Below, piece after piece: positions 62,985 to 64,000 of a DNA stretch of 64,000 nucleotides. A program made the position numbers and the translations under genes. Under the pieces are notes generated by a model. That model did no database searches. It saw nothing but the letters and a program-made list of their open reading frames with translations, and had not been told where the DNA came from. Numbering within the stretch: position 1 is the first letter of the stretch; every line of letters begins with the position of its first letter. The DNA comes from an uncultured Candidatus Saccharibacteria bacterium. GTDB taxonomy: Bacteria; Patescibacteriota; Saccharimonadia; Saccharimonadales; SZUA-47. Where the stretch lies: positions 11,001-75,000 of the forward strand of contig CAYQPN010000004.1 of assembly GCA_964419675.1 (NCBI GenBank), read 5' to 3'.

Positions 62985-63069
62985 CAGATATGCATATTGT
63001 AGCAGACAATTGATGCTGAAGTGCCCCCTAAGTGCGCTAGAATGTATATAGAAATCAATTGGAGGTTAC

Positions 63070-63732
63070 ATGAAACAAGCAATAATAGGAATTTTAGTTG
63101 TAGTTGGAATAATTGCTGGCGCAACTATGCTCAGTAACAAAAACGAACCAGCGACAACGGCTTCTCAGTCAAATAACATATCTGGTAAAGTAGACGCAAA
63201 AGTAACCCTAACAGAATATGGGGATTTTCAGTGCCCAGCTTGTGGGGCATTTGAACCAATTGTAGCTCAGGTTAAAGAAGAGTTTAAGGACCAGTTAAAG
63301 TTTGAATTCAAACATTTTCCTTTGGTACAAATTCACCCAAACGCAACTGCAGCACATAGAGCAGCACAAGCTGCCGCCAATCAAGGAAAATTCTGGGAAA
63401 TGCACGACGCCATTTATGCAAACCAACAAAGTTGGTCAAACGCCTCCGGAGTACAGAGTATTTTTGAGCAGTATGCTCGAAGTCTAGAACTTGATATGGA
63501 TAAATACTTAAGTGACGCAAACTCAAGTGAAACATTAGCTGTTATTAATGCTGACGTTACCGGTGGCAAAGCGCTAGGGATTAGCTCAACACCAACATTT
63601 CTAATTAACGGTAAAATAATCGAGGACCCTACTTCAATCAACACGATAGAAGGTTTTAGATCTGTAATTCAACAAGCAGTCGATTCTAATAATCCAGCAT
63701 CTAACGATACAAAAGACCCAGCCCTAGAATAG
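63070..63732 (+). CDS. DsbA-family thiol:disulfide oxidoreductase (membrane-anchored)
   Basis: It has an N-terminal TM and a thioredoxin fold with a CPAC active site (YGDFQCPAC). Confidence 0.88.
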   Translation: MKQAIIGILVVVGIIAGATMLSNKNEPATTASQSNNISGKVDAKVTLTEYGDFQCPACGAFEPIVAQVKEEFKDQLKFEFKHFPLVQIHPNATAAHRAAQAAANQGKFWEMHDAIYANQQSWSNASGVQSIFEQYARSLELDMDKYLSDANSSETLAVINADVTGGKALGISSTPTFLINGKIIEDPTSINTIEGFRSVIQQAVDSNNPASNDTKDPALE

Positions 63733-63831
63733 TTAGTAGAACTAAAAAAAGAGCTCTCGCAAGGGCTCTCTTTCCCTATTCCCAGTGTATTGCCTGGGAA
63801 GAGTAGCCGGAACTAAAGTCTTGTACCGCCT

Positions 63832-63910
63832 GCAGCCAAGGAAAAAGAGCAGTCCGAGCGACGGATTTATTCCGCACCCGGCACGCCTTGAGGAAAACCG
63901 TCGGTTGTCC
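63832..63910 (+). repeat. Family B element, plus orientation, near window end
   Basis: It reads GGAAAAAGAGCAGTCCGAGCGACGGATTTATTCCGCACCCGGCACGCCTTGAGGAAAACCGTCGGTTGTCC. A partial 5' motif, GGGAAGAGTAGCC, lies at 63796-63808. Confidence 0.7.
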
Positions 63911-64000
63911 TAAAAAGCGTAGTACTTAGTACGTTATAAACGTTTGCCACTTAGGGCGCCTTACAGTAACGGCCACCTTTTGGGACCTTCCACGAGCAAC

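Noticed and set aside
1-64000. CRISPR arrays, rRNA genes, transposases, integrases and prophage genes.
   Set aside because: No tandem repeat-spacer arrays were seen, because the repeats found are dispersed single units. No rRNA-like conserved strings were seen, and no ORF has transposase, integrase or phage structural motifs.
63926-64000. A minus-strand frame open to the window edge, ending ...VARGRSQKVAVTVRRPKWQTFITY*.
   Set aside because: Only 24 codons are visible, which is too short to call a product. It is mentioned only as context for the family B copy.

Overview
This is a gene-dense, low-GC bacterial chromosomal window with many short or overlapping intergenic junctions. Its content fits a reduced-genome Patescibacteria/CPR organism such as Saccharibacteria, though that is inference from gene content only. 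Supporting content includes a compact type IV pilus operon (pilB-pilC-pilin-pilMNO), an archaeal-type AspRS, a short HrcA, many small membrane or secreted proteins of unknown function, and CCA-encoding tRNA genes. Housekeeping genes include ruvABC, yebC, the hrcA-grpE-dnaK heat-shock operon with CIRCE operators, dnaJ, lepA, murJ, ftsH, tilS, dus, a Mur ligase, aspS, an OmpR/HK pair, three ABC transporter sets and hsp20. There are four tRNA genes: Lys-UUU, Met-CAU, fMet-CAU and Ile2-like CAU. The unusual content is non-coding. (1) Every tRNA gene is followed by a duplicate of its own last 21 nt (T-loop C56 to CCA). In three cases the duplicate belongs to a 5'-truncated tRNA copy whose T-loop holds an 85-88 nt three-hairpin module. 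That module has stem covariation across four copies (family A). (2) A second dispersed ~85-nt structured element (family B, five copies) sits just after stop codons. Two copies are bracketed by direct duplications of the 3' coding ends of lepA (51 nt) and dnaJ (21 nt). (3) The Ile2-like tRNA(CAU) is split by a 619-nt group I intron with an Azoarcus-like core, and an HNH endonuclease is encoded on the antisense strand. (4) A 32-40 bp perfect palindrome with back-to-back TATAAT boxes occurs four times, and two copies bracket a PaaX/Cas2-fold gene. I saw no CRISPR array, rRNA, transposase or integrase. Coordinates of the small elements were read by eye and may be off by a few nt.
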